DNA from: Oleiphilus messinensis
GTDB lineage: Bacteria > Pseudomonadota > Gammaproteobacteria > Pseudomonadales > Oleiphilaceae
Length of the DNA: 64,000 nucleotides
Assembly (NCBI RefSeq): GCF_002162375.1
Contig: NZ_CP021425.1
Span: 5,953,276 to 6,017,275, forward strand
Reading direction: 5' to 3'
The position numbers were made by a program, and so were the translations under genes. Shown here in pieces: positions 30,911-40,105 of the stretch. How positions within the stretch are numbered: the first letter of the stretch is position 1; each line of letters starts with the position of its first letter. The notes beneath the pieces are model-generated. The model was given only the letters and a program-made list of their open reading frames with translations. It had not been told where the DNA came from and did not search any database.

Positions 30911-31390
30911 TTGACAGGTTTGGAATCAATTGAGGCGACAATTATCCTGACACAGGGAGAAATGGTGAACCATTATTCAATAGCGGCAATCGGTTTTTTT
31001 ACTGCAACGTTCACTATTGCTGGTGAAAAAAACAGCAGCCCGGTTATACCGGTTTCAATTAATAGTGTGGAAACCCATCAGATAAGCGAAAACCTGGTTC
31101 GCATAATTCAATACAACATGGAGCTGGAACCAAAGCTTGATATCGAAATGTTTACTGCCCCGGGGATGGATTTCAAACAACTTCAATCTATTCAAGAGAT
31201 TGACTTGGGAAAAGAAAAGATCAATTTTGCAAACTCCAGTGGTACCTATATCGAAGGGATTTCAGTTGAAGATACAATGATTCACTTTGATATTGATCAT
31301 TACTATCTTGAGGGCGGGAGCATCGCTATAAGCTGTCAGATTAAAGTTGCGCAGGAAATTGGAACACCAAAGTGCGTGGAAAAAGAATAG
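30911..31390 (+). CDS. hypothetical protein
   Basis: 159-aa ORF, probable internal start with hydrophobic N-terminus. Confidence 0.3.
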   Translation: MTGLESIEATIILTQGEMVNHYSIAAIGFFTATFTIAGEKNSSPVIPVSINSVETHQISENLVRIIQYNMELEPKLDIEMFTAPGMDFKQLQSIQEIDLGKEKINFANSSGTYIEGISVEDTMIHFDIDHYYLEGGSIAISCQIKVAQEIGTPKCVEKE

Positions 31391-31421
31391 TCGCAATTAA
31401 TATCGGGGCCAACCCTGGCCC

Positions 31422-32579
31422 CTAATTTTTCACCGCTGTGGGTGCTTTACCGGTCAATCTCACCATATCATTCATCACGGAATCGAGGCCGCCATAAACA
31501 CTGATGTGATCGATTTTTTCAACCACTTTCTCCAGAGTTTCAAGTTCCTTGAGACGCAGGAGGGTGGCGTTGTTTTCCATCATTTTTGCCGTGTTGCTCA
31601 GGGAGCGTGTCGCGGCGGTTTCTTCCCGACGTTTGATCAGGTTTGCTTCTGCCGCTTTTTGCGCCTGTACAACCTGATTCAGGATTTCTTTCATTTCACC
31701 GGGCAGGATGATGTCCTTCACCCCCACTCGATCCAGAAAGATTCCGTAGTCTTTCAGTGATGCGTGGCACTCGTCATAGATGACGCTGGAAACAACATTT
31801 TTGTCGCTCAGAAGTTCATCCAGTGTCCGTGTACCAATCACTTCCCTCAGCGCAAGCTGCAGGCGTTTGTAGATGTAGTCCCCTACATTTTTCAGTTTTT
31901 GCGCAGCAACTTCCACATCCACCAATTGATAAACGGCATTCAAATTAACCCGCAGGCTCACCCGGTCTTTCGTCAGAATTTCCTGACCGGAAATTTCCAC
32001 CATTTGCAGTTTCAAATCGTATAACTGCACTTGCAGATCGCGGTTGAACAACCAGTAGCCGTAACGTCCTGGTTTCAGAGTCTGGATCCATTTTCCATTC
32101 TCATACAACAGCCCCACATAGCCATCCGGAACCAGCGCATTCAGGATCGTTTCAGCTCTCGCCGTACGATTCATCCCGGCACGGAGCAAGTGTGAAAGCA
32201 TGGGTTCTGCAATTGGCTGCAACACATCCAGCGAAAAGACTTTGACTTCCAGATTCAAACTATCCTTCCAGGTAACCAGACGCTCGCCGGGTTGCAGCAG
32301 CTGTTGAATTTTGTTGTCGAGATAAACGACACCGACTTCATTTTCCTGCATCATGACGCTATCAACATGGTTGGCAAATTCTTCTTTTTGCAACAACACG
32401 TCCAGCAACTCATGGGTAATACCAGAGCGCGTTACCGCCACAGAGAAAAATGAAAGCTTTTGCCCCATATCCCAGAAACGGTAAGTACCCGGTGTCAGAA
32501 CCTGTTGAAATTGTCTTTCCCTGTACATCAGTACGCGTTCATTATCTGCGACCAGTACTTTTCGTGTCATGCCGAACAT
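31422..32579 (-). CDS. SPFH/band-7 domain protein with extra N-terminal domain
   Basis: C-terminal half matches SPFH pattern (TKDRVSLRVNLNAVYQLVD...LALREVIGTRTLDELLSDKN...GIFLDRVGVKDIILPGEM...AEANL coiled coil). Confidence 0.6.
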   Translation of the reverse strand: MFGMTRKVLVADNERVLMYRERQFQQVLTPGTYRFWDMGQKLSFFSVAVTRSGITHELLDVLLQKEEFANHVDSVMMQENEVGVVYLDNKIQQLLQPGERLVTWKDSLNLEVKVFSLDVLQPIAEPMLSHLLRAGMNRTARAETILNALVPDGYVGLLYENGKWIQTLKPGRYGYWLFNRDLQVQLYDLKLQMVEISGQEILTKDRVSLRVNLNAVYQLVDVEVAAQKLKNVGDYIYKRLQLALREVIGTRTLDELLSDKNVVSSVIYDECHASLKDYGIFLDRVGVKDIILPGEMKEILNQVVQAQKAAEANLIKRREETAATRSLSNTAKMMENNATLLRLKELETLEKVVEKIDHISVYGGLDSVMNDMVRLTGKAPTAVKN

Positions 32580-32925
32580 GGCGTTACTCCTTGATTACAC
32601 GAAGCTCAATCATTGCTTCTATTTCAAATAAAACGGGTGAGGGGTAGCAGGGTCAACCGACATGCTTGAACGCCCTCTGATGATCCTCCCGATCTACTGC
32701 TTGGATCAACTTGCGGGACAGTTCCGCAGGGGCTCTACAACTCCCCCATTTGAAACACATTCCGTTATGCCAGGCGTAGCCTGATACGCTGCTCACCCGC
32801 GTTGGTACTACTGGCCGGACACGCAACCAACAACTTTGGTGCCCGGAATTCATACCGCTTTTGGGGCAAAGCCCCGTTCTCGTTAATGAGTCTAGGGAGT
32901 CGAACCCTAACCTTTCGGTTTACCG

Positions 32926-32999
32926 TGGCTTGTACAGGAGTTGAACCTGTGACCTATCAGTTATGAGCTGACTGCTCTATCCAACTGAGCTAACAAGCA
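32926..32999 (-). tRNA. tRNA-Met (anticodon CAU; elongator-like), acceptor 5' base irregular
   Basis: Reverse complement reads GCTTGTTAGCTCAGTTGGATAGAGCAGTCAGCTCATAACTGATAGGTCACAGGTTCAACTCCTGTACAAGCCA: D-arm GCTC/GAGC, anticodon loop CTCATAA, T-arm ACAGG-TTCAACT-CCTGT; the 5'-terminal acceptor position mismatches. Confidence 0.6.
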
Positions 33000-33319
33000 A
33001 GTGGTCGTGGAAGGACCATGCGAATACGTTTTGGCGGTACATCCGGTTTCAGAGAAACTGATGCCGGGCTGGGCTGTGAACCAGCACCCAGGGCCGTTTT
33101 GCATTCAACAGGGTTATTTCAAGAGCGGTGCCAATTCATCAATTCCTATCTGAAAATAGTTTTTATTAGCTTATTTTCAATTAGTTAAGATAATATTTGA
33201 GTTGGTCATGGGAATTCTGAAGCGGTAAATTACTGATAAAAAGTTATCAATCTGGATATAATTTTATCTAAAACGATTAATACATTTAGAGCACGTTCCA
33301 TTCTCGAGTTCTCCTGCCA

Positions 33320-33620
33320 AATTTAATAGTCCAGCGCTACGCTTAATGATTGCCGCCCTTGGAGATGCCAGCCAATTTGCAAATGGGTGGCAAATATCCG
33401 CGTGGCTTGGATTGACACTAAAACCAGTTGAGTGGATGCCTTCAACGAGTTACCGCTCGATTCATGATGCAAAACGGAATGTGAGTTACTTCCTGATGAA
33501 TTATTACAACTGGTAAAGACCGCATCAGTTCAATGATGGGCTACCACCGGTAAGCGCTGAAAAATTCGCTCAAAAAGTGTCCGGGTTTTATTGGCCACTA
33601 CAAAGAGCTTATTGATGATT
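33320..33620 (+). pseudogene. IS3-family transposase OrfB C-terminal remnant (frameshifted)
   Basis: Translations across frames give ...NIRVAWID... and YFLMNYYNWxRPHQFNDGLPPVSAEKF (IS3 OrfB C-terminal signature); no intact ORF. Confidence 0.5.
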
Positions 33621-33810
33621 ACCGGAAGAAACGTATGTTTCGGGCTCAAATGGATGGTTTTTTGGACATAGAGTCGCTTGAAGCGACTCTAACGGATATA
33701 AACACAACTAAACCAAGCAGAGATGACTAGCAGTGCCTGTCCCGGATTTACCCAGTCTCCGCTATTCTCGTTTCATATTGATCAGAGTAAAATCAATCTG
33801 CCTCTAAGTT

Positions 33811-34200
33811 TCAAGCCCCTTTAACTTTCAAAAGAGTATTTATTACATCCTCTGACGAACCAATATTTCTTGCATACTCAAGCACGCTTCTGCCATCATC
33901 ATTTTTTGAATTTACACGTGCCCCAGATCTTATTAACAACTCTAAAACCTTTGGATTGCCGCCTATTACTCCGTTGAATATAGGTGAACATCCATTGTCT
34001 CCTTTTGCGTTAACATCCGCTCCTGCATCTATTAAAATCCTCGCTGATTCGAGATCCCCCCACGAACAAACCGTATGTAATGGAGTATCATCCATGAGGT
34101 TTACACAATTGACTCCATTCAACTCGATGCCAAACCAAGATGCTGTATCTGAACAGCGTGCAAGTACACTGCTTAAGTCATTTTTCATAACTAAAAACAC
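33811..34200 (-). CDS. ankyrin-repeat protein, candidate immunity protein for upstream RHS-CT toxin
   Basis: Three ANK repeats (DDTPLHTVCSWGDLESARILIDAGADVNAKGDNGCSPIF...); 10-nt overlap with toxin gene end. Confidence 0.7.
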   Translation of the reverse strand: MFLVMKNDLSSVLARCSDTASWFGIELNGVNCVNLMDDTPLHTVCSWGDLESARILIDAGADVNAKGDNGCSPIFNGVIGGNPKVLELLIRSGARVNSKNDDGRSVLEYARNIGSSEDVINTLLKVKGA

Positions 34201-34886
34201 TCCTGCTTACAGTTTCGCTTAATATCTTCCACTGCATTGATTATTCGCTGCTTCACTTGTTGCAACTGACCCTGATGTTTGTTCCAAGCAGAACTTCCAG
34301 ACTCATCCCATTTATCTGACCAATTCTTCCGTAAGTCGTAACAAAGTTGAGCTTGATCTCGTTTTCTTTCTGCGTCTATACAAGGGTCGCCACTTGGAGG
34401 AGGTGGTGGCTGGTCACATATTTTGTGATACCTAGCATGCTGAGCATCCTTTCGTGCCGAATCTCCTGGCATGAGCGCAAGAGCTGCTATCCCTATACCG
34501 GCAGCAACATCCATAGGGCCAGGCACAGGAGAGTCAGACAATGCTAAAGCGATAGCAGCTTCAGCATCTAATCCATAAGGATCGACATAAATTACCGGGT
34601 TTTGATTTGCGTACCCATAAGTATTGATCCCGCCCCCTAGGCCAACAGGATCACTTTGCAAATACCGGCCTAACGTGGGATCGTAATCCCGATAGTAATT
34701 GTAGTAATACCCGGTCTCCCGATCATGATATTGCCCAGGAAAGCGAATATCCTGTCCGATGGTGTTGACCACTTCGGTGACTTCGCCGAAGGGGGTGTAT
34801 TCGCCTTTCCACACCACATTTTGATTTTGATCTGTAAGCACCTGAAGGGTACCCAGGTGGTCTGTGTGGACGAAGTAGAGTTTGAT
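34191..34886 (-). CDS. orphan RHS-core C-terminal toxin module (5'-truncated, no signal peptide or proper start)
   Basis: Frame reads IKLYFVHTDHLGTLQVLTDQNQNVVWKGEYTPFGE...[43 protein letters not shown] (RHS repeat-associated core, TIGR03696-type) then a unique 100-aa tip; upstream in-frame stop at 34887; homology to 38861..39739 breaks at 34893. Confidence 0.65.
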   Translation of the reverse strand: MKLYFVHTDHLGTLQVLTDQNQNVVWKGEYTPFGEVTEVVNTIGQDIRFPGQYHDRETGYYYNYYRDYDPTLGRYLQSDPVGLGGGINTYGYANQNPVIYVDPYGLDAEAAIALALSDSPVPGPMDVAAGIGIAALALMPGDSARKDAQHARYHKICDQPPPPPSGDPCIDAERKRDQAQLCYDLRKNWSDKWDESGSSAWNKHQGQLQQVKQRIINAVEDIKRNCKQECF

Positions 34887-34971
34887 TCAGCATGCGCTAA
34901 TCCGCATCACCCACCGACTCTTAGTTCTCGGACTAATTAGGCAGAGTGTCTTACCCTGTGGTTAGAAAAGA

Positions 34972-35460
34972 TTAAGCAAAATTAAAGCGCACCCGATCGC
35001 CTATTTCTAAATCAAGAGCATCCAAATTGTCTTTCACCTTTAAGTCACCATCGATAGAGAAACAATTAATCCGACAAAGATTGTTAAATACTTCCAATTC
35101 TGCTTGGAAACAAAATCCTTCTTTAAATTCGGATGCCAAGAGTAATTTATCGTTTAATAAGACTTCTGTTCTGATGACTTGTACAGGATGAACTATACGC
35201 TTGTCTCCTTGACTTAGCTCTAAAGGAACATCAGAAGGTAAAATATTTGGTGGGCCTATCGTAATATCCAAAAAATCACCTTTCTGAAAGTTTTCATGAA
35301 TCCACATTCCACCTCTTCCATCAACTAACTTAAATGAGCAGGCAAAATTCACTGATCTGTCGGCATTGCTGATCAAAAGAGCTTTTAAGCTACCACTTGG
35401 CCCAGTGACTAGAACCTGCTCATCAAATTTACTGGACGAAACTATAAAGGAGTTGATCAC
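34972..35460 (-). CDS. hypothetical protein, candidate immunity for CT module 35461..36006
   Basis: 162-aa ORF starting immediately after toxin stop, same strand. Confidence 0.4.
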   Translation of the reverse strand: MINSFIVSSSKFDEQVLVTGPSGSLKALLISNADRSVNFACSFKLVDGRGGMWIHENFQKGDFLDITIGPPNILPSDVPLELSQGDKRIVHPVQVIRTEVLLNDKLLLASEFKEGFCFQAELEVFNNLCRINCFSIDGDLKVKDNLDALDLEIGDRVRFNFA

Positions 35461-36006
35461 TCAATGGCTCCAGGGGTTTACTGTCGGAACTTTTGGTAGA
35501 TTGGGATTAGTTTTATTAAATTCGTTCACTTTCCTGTTGTGCTGTTTAACATAATCCAAATAATTTTTGTTGCCGTGATCTTTATTGAATACATCCGGTC
35601 CTTTTTTCAAGTAATCGCTAATTTCATTCAATTCTTTGGCTTGGATGTCTACATCACCAAGGTGCCTTTTCAGGATGTCATCGAGAGCGTTGTATGGAAT
35701 ATCGCTCGCTCCAAAGGGATCATTTGCGGCTTCGTCGCTATATATTTTTCTTAAGTCCGGACAATGGTTCAGTTTTGGAAGCTTAAATTTCCATGGGCCG
35801 GGAAATATGTCTATCGGATTAATTGCATCAGGATGGTCAGGAACTGGATCTTGCGGCAATCCTGCAACAGTTAATAATGCTCCAGCCCCCCACAACAATA
35901 GCACTGGTACGGCTTCGCCAGTTGGATCTGTATACTTAACAGGGTTTTGAAATGTATATCCATAGGTATTTAGACCCCCAGCCAACCCAATAGGATCACT
36001 TTGCAA
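35461..36006 (-). CDS. orphan RHS-type C-terminal toxin module (starts inside the DPxGL motif)
   Basis: Begins [31 protein letters not shown] then unique 150-aa tip; only about 5 codons of core homology upstream (GRY), then in-frame stop. Confidence 0.55.
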   Translation of the reverse strand: MQSDPIGLAGGLNTYGYTFQNPVKYTDPTGEAVPVLLLWGAGALLTVAGLPQDPVPDHPDAINPIDIFPGPWKFKLPKLNHCPDLRKIYSDEAANDPFGASDIPYNALDDILKRHLGDVDIQAKELNEISDYLKKGPDVFNKDHGNKNYLDYVKQHNRKVNEFNKTNPNLPKVPTVNPWSH

Positions 36007-36216
36007 ATACCGCCCTACTCAGAAGTCGGTTAGAATTCTGATCCAAATAACAAATCAATCATTATTCCAAAGCCACCCAATGCAAGCAGCCACAACAATA
36101 CAACCGGTGCTTGCATAAATCAGTAACACATCACCAATTAGACCTGCCCAGTAAGTGCCACCAATCACTAAAACGATGCCAAATAAAATTCTGTAGAGTG
36201 TTGCAGCCTTCAAAAT

Positions 36217-36606
36217 TTAGTAACCACAAGCAAAGTTTGGATTACTTGACCTGCAACTGAATGCACACGCAGCTGTTGATAGTCCTACATAACCAGCTGA
36301 AGCTGCACCACACATTTTCCCAGCCCCTTGTGAGATTAGACCTGAATTCTCACCAACAAATAACGCTGCACCTCCCCAACTTAGCTCTGCAGTATTAGTG
36401 GCGCCCATACATGCAGTCAAGCATGAGTAATAAGAATCTTCACACCGCCAATCATGTTTCGAGCCAGTTCCATTATTCATTGCACACTCCGCAGTAGCAC
36501 ACTCTTTTCTGTTATCTGTATCGCCACTGTTGCACATCGCTCCATTTGGTAACCCCATTTCTGCTGGACACGGCTCAGGCTTCAACCCTCGGCCTTTGTG
36601 GATCAC
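36217..36606 (-). CDS. Cys-rich (19 Cys/129 aa) putative toxin tip, preceded by frameshifted DPIGL core remnant
   Basis: Upstream 36640-36700 encodes [15 protein letters not shown] in another frame; junction contains G7 and C7 homopolymer runs. Confidence 0.35.
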   Translation of the reverse strand: MIHKGRGLKPEPCPAEMGLPNGAMCNSGDTDNRKECATAECAMNNGTGSKHDWRCEDSYYSCLTACMGATNTAELSWGGAALFVGENSGLISQGAGKMCGAASAGYVGLSTAACAFSCRSSNPNFACGY

Positions 36607-37180
36607 TATAGATAAGGGGGGGTTCCTAAAACATAAGTATTAATCCCCCCCGCCAACCCAATAGGATCACTTTGCAATTACAGTCCGCCTAGGCGAAATT
36701 CTAGCTATATCTGGCTACAATCCCAACGCATTCAATTACTTAAAAACCTCAAAACCCAACATTCTTTCACTCTAGCAGCTCACAATCCCCGACGCACTTT
36801 TTCCCTTAACTTTTATCATCGTCCGACTTGGTTTTTGCTCTTACGAACATGATTAAACAGACACTATTTGTCACTGTCGCGATATTCTCAATCCCAACCA
36901 TTCTTATTAATTCGATTATTTGTTCCATTATTCCTGTCCCCTTTTTTTAGACGACCCTTATTCTGTAGTCTGCTCAGATAATGCAAACAAGTAACCTGAC
37001 CATAGGTTTGGGCAGGTTAAATTTGGGCTTGCATCTGCTGACATTTTGATAAAGTCTGCCTAGCGGATCATTAGTTAAAGGGTCATCGGTCGGTGACCCT
37101 TTAACTCTTATAAGGAATAACGTGGGGGATTTAGGGCTTTTCTGAAGGGAAACAGGAGGCCAAAACCTCCTGATATTTAG

Positions 37181-37411
37181 TTAAGACTGGATAAGATGGA
37201 AGTAATGTTGAAAGATTTTGATGTAACGCTGCCAGCTATCTAACCGCTCCCAGGCTTCAATGACGGTATAACCTGCCGGTAAAAACTCCATGCGGTCGAG
37301 TACAAAGGCTGCCGCTATTTGTTCTCCGGTACTGGCTCCCCTGCTGCCACGGTTTTGTAGTTCGTTTGCCACATCGATGATCTTTTCAATTTCCCATTTC
37401 ATTTTATTCAC
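37181..37411 (-). CDS. hypothetical small protein (76 aa)
   Basis: ORF only; hairpin AGGAGGCCAAAACCTCCT just downstream of stop. Confidence 0.3.
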   Translation of the reverse strand: MNKMKWEIEKIIDVANELQNRGSRGASTGEQIAAAFVLDRMEFLPAGYTVIEAWERLDSWQRYIKIFQHYFHLIQS

Positions 37412-37699
37412 TCCTGTTAGTTTTATCGTTCGGGATCAAACCCGCTTCCGCTGTTGTATTGAGCCAGCAGCATCGCGCGCAGCCCCGTCAAGGGGGCTTT
37501 TCAGCGTAGCGGCCCTTGACGGGGCGAGCACGGTGCCACAATGCGCGAGCAACAGAGGGAGCCTTTAACGAAGCCGGGTACCCCTGCCCCCCAGCGGGGG
37601 CAAGGGGAGAAACAAAGGTTTTAAAGTGCGCTTGCGCCAGCCTTAGTTGTTCCCCTTGGGGCTAGGGGTAAACAAACCACCGCGGAGCTACGACATCCG

Positions 37700-38545
37700 A
37701 ACGCCAATACGCGTGAATGGGCTGGCACCAAGGCCAGTTTAATACGGCACTATTGGCCCACTTTTTAGCCGCCTTTAAGCAGGGCAAGCGTATTGGTGGG
37801 CGGGGGAGGAGCGGGAGAGGTGGAAGCTGCGCGCTCTATTGGCTTACCTGCAGCGACATCGTGATCAAGAAGGAACAGGAAGGCTAGGGGCGCTCTGTGA
37901 TTGAGCAATTGGCAAAGTATTTATCGAGCGAATTCCCTGGTGTGCAGGGCTTTTCCGCGCGGAATTTATGGCGGATGCGGGCATTTTACCAAGCTTATCC
38001 CAAAGCGCCTGAATTTCTGCCACAAGCTGTGGCAGAAACCGGGACAGAACCCAGTCTACCCGCCCAAATCACGCTATCACCCTGGGGACACCTGATCACC
38101 TTGATCGAGAAGGTCAAAGTCCCAGTCGTTCGACAATGGTACGCCCAAGCCGCTCTGGAATACCGTTGGTTTGGGGCCATACTGGTCCATCAGATCGAAT
38201 CACGGCTATATGACCGGCATGGCAATGCAGTCACCAACTTTACACATACTTTATATCGACCTCCTGTTTTATCACCTCAAGCTACGCTGCTATGTCGTGA
38301 TTGATCTCAAGATACAGGACTTCAAGCCAGAGTTTGCCGGCAAGATGAACTTTTATCTGTCCGCTGTGGATGATTTGTTACGGCACCCAACCGACAACCC
38401 AGCATATGCTTGGTTCTATGTAAATCCAACAACCGCATCGTGGCCGAGTATGCCCTGCGGGATGTGAACAAGCCGGTGGGCGTGGCCACCTATTTGACTG
38501 AGGCTTGCCGGACGCATTGCGTTCCAGTTTGCCAGATATTGAGTC
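37700..38545 (+). pseudogene. DUF1016 (YhcG-like, PDDEXK nuclease-like) gene, inactivated by in-frame stop and frameshifts
   Basis: Pieces ALYWLTCSDIVIKKEQEG*G-RSVIEQLAKYLSSEFPGVQGFSARNLWRMRAFY, DLLFYHLKLRCYVVIDLKIQDFKPEFAGKMNFYLSAVDD, IVAEYALRDVNKPVGVATYLTEA lie in three frames. Confidence 0.6.
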
Positions 38546-38600
38546 ATTGGAGGCCACGCTGGCGAAGACTGATAAACCGAAATAGACATAAGTGCCTGTC
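38345..38600 (+). repeat. direct repeat copy 1 (3' end of DUF1016 gene), about 90 percent identical to 40100..40330 with a 24-nt indel
   Basis: Alignment by eye: ccggcaagatgaacttttatctgtccgctgtggatgatttgttacggcacccaaccgac... recurs at 40100. Confidence 0.75.
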
Positions 38601-38621
38601 CCCACTGGTTTGTTTGCGTTC

Positions 38622-38864
38622 TTATTTTTTTCTCATTAAGAAAAGATTATACAAAACCAGAATCACAATAATCACAGGCCATGATACTAAGAACACAGTA
38701 TAAGCCATGCTCCCTGGTGTCCACCCATCTACATAGTTTCTCTCGTAAACCAACATCAGCAACCAATCTACCGGATACACTATTATGCCTGGAGCAACTA
38801 TAACTAATAAATACACAACAACCAGAGTAAAAAGAAGCCTTCTGGGGAACTTTCTTTTATTCAT
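38622..38864 (-). CDS. small two-TM membrane protein, candidate immunity for 38861..39739
   Basis: 80 aa, two hydrophobic helices, 4-nt overlap with toxin gene stop. Confidence 0.4.
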   Translation of the reverse strand: MNKRKFPRRLLFTLVVVYLLVIVAPGIIVYPVDWLLMLVYERNYVDGWTPGSMAYTVFLVSWPVIIVILVLYNLFLMRKK

Positions 38865-39739
38865 GGAATCGGTACCGTTGGACTGACATTCCGTAAATTA
38901 TTCCGGTTCAAATAATACGCTGAATCTATTTGATTCTTCAGATTATTTGAGTAAGAAATACCGCCCCCAGAAAGATTACCTATGTCTGGTAAACCAGCTC
39001 CACCCGCGTTTAGAACTCCAGTTGCAGCGTCAACACAATTTCCCCATGATCCCCTGTATTTGTCATTGTTTAACTGATTCTTTGCTTGTCTATCGGCAGC
39101 AGCTTCATTGGGTAAATCTACATAAACAGCATAATCGGGAGGACGGCCATATAAATCAACATCTTGATCATAGGAGCGATACTTAGAGTCAAACGGGTTC
39201 GCTCCTTGCTTGTCGGGATGATGACTAACATAAGTTCCATCATTTGTAAGAACCGCTGCATGCCCGTAAGCAGAATCATAGTTATTCCCCGAAGCGTTAG
39301 TGTAGCGCCCAGGCTTCCAAACATACAATGTGGCTAAACCATGTGGGTCAATATTGGTCAATGGATTTTGGAGAACATATCCATAAGTATTCAGACCGCC
39401 TCGCAAGCCAACAGGATCACTTTGAAAATATCTTCCTAACGTGGGATCGTAATCCCGATAGTAATTGTAGTAATACCCAGTCTCCCGATCATGGTATTGA
39501 CCGGGAAAGCGAATATCCTGTCCGATGGTATTGACCACTTCGGTGACTTCGCCGAAGGGGGTGTATTCACCTTTCCAAACCACATTTTGATTTTGATCTG
39601 TAAGGACCTGAGGGGTACCCAGGTGGTCGGTGTGGACGAAGTAGAGTTTTGATTCAGCATTCGCGGTGCCGGACAGCATGGCTAAGGAAACAGTCAGCAG
39701 GCAGGCGATGTTTTGTAAGATGTCTTTCAGATTTTTCAT
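38861..39739 (-). CDS. secreted RHS repeat-associated core domain protein with C-terminal toxin tip (signal peptide, no Rhs shell)
   Basis: MKNLKDILQNIACLLTVSLAMLSGTANA signal peptide; ESKLYFVHTDHLGTPQVLTDQNQNVVWKGEYTPFGE...[43 protein letters not shown]; unique 155-aa tip; AAGGA RBS. Confidence 0.75.
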   Translation of the reverse strand: MKNLKDILQNIACLLTVSLAMLSGTANAESKLYFVHTDHLGTPQVLTDQNQNVVWKGEYTPFGEVTEVVNTIGQDIRFPGQYHDRETGYYYNYYRDYDPTLGRYFQSDPVGLRGGLNTYGYVLQNPLTNIDPHGLATLYVWKPGRYTNASGNNYDSAYGHAAVLTNDGTYVSHHPDKQGANPFDSKYRSYDQDVDLYGRPPDYAVYVDLPNEAAADRQAKNQLNNDKYRGSWGNCVDAATGVLNAGGAGLPDIGNLSGGGISYSNNLKNQIDSAYYLNRNNLRNVSPTVPIP

Positions 39740-39749
39740 GACAATGTCC

Positions 39750-40105
39750 TTATTGTGCCAAGGCTAATATTTCTGCGGAATTCAGGCTGCTGCCGTCGGC
39801 AAACTCAATAAATTCAATACGGTAGACTGTATAAATAACGGCGTGCAATATCGTAATACGATCTCCACTAAGTTCCCCTTGCGCGTCCAGTAAATCTATC
39901 TGGATATGTGCGCCGACCTTACTAAACACCAATTGTTCAGGTGTGATCCCTTCACCGAATACGATTTTATCAGTTTGCCCCCGGTAATTATCGTTGTCAC
40001 GAATGGTGTCAATGCCATCCCCCCGTTCAAAGTAGTAGGTATCAGCACTCGCAAATTCAATCAGGGTGCCATCACCCGGGCCACCGGTAATTTGCTGGCA
40101 AGGTG
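39750..40105 (-). pseudogene. fragment of a T1SS-secreted (RTX-type) protein C-terminal secretion domain
   Basis: ITGGPGDGTLIEFASADTYYFERGDGIDTIRDNDNYRGQTDKIVFGEGITPEQLVFSKVGAHIQIDLL...DRITILHAV...IEFADGS matches GDGxDTI...DxIxF..GI...L.F type I secretion C-terminal target pattern; N-terminal 80 codons of the ORF are antisense of the DUF1016 repeat (not real). Confidence 0.5.

Noticed and set aside
32653-32853. 66-aa minus-strand ORF in the region downstream of tRNA-Met
   Set aside because: Lies in GC-rich structured/non-coding-looking sequence with tRNA-like fragments; no RBS, no motif
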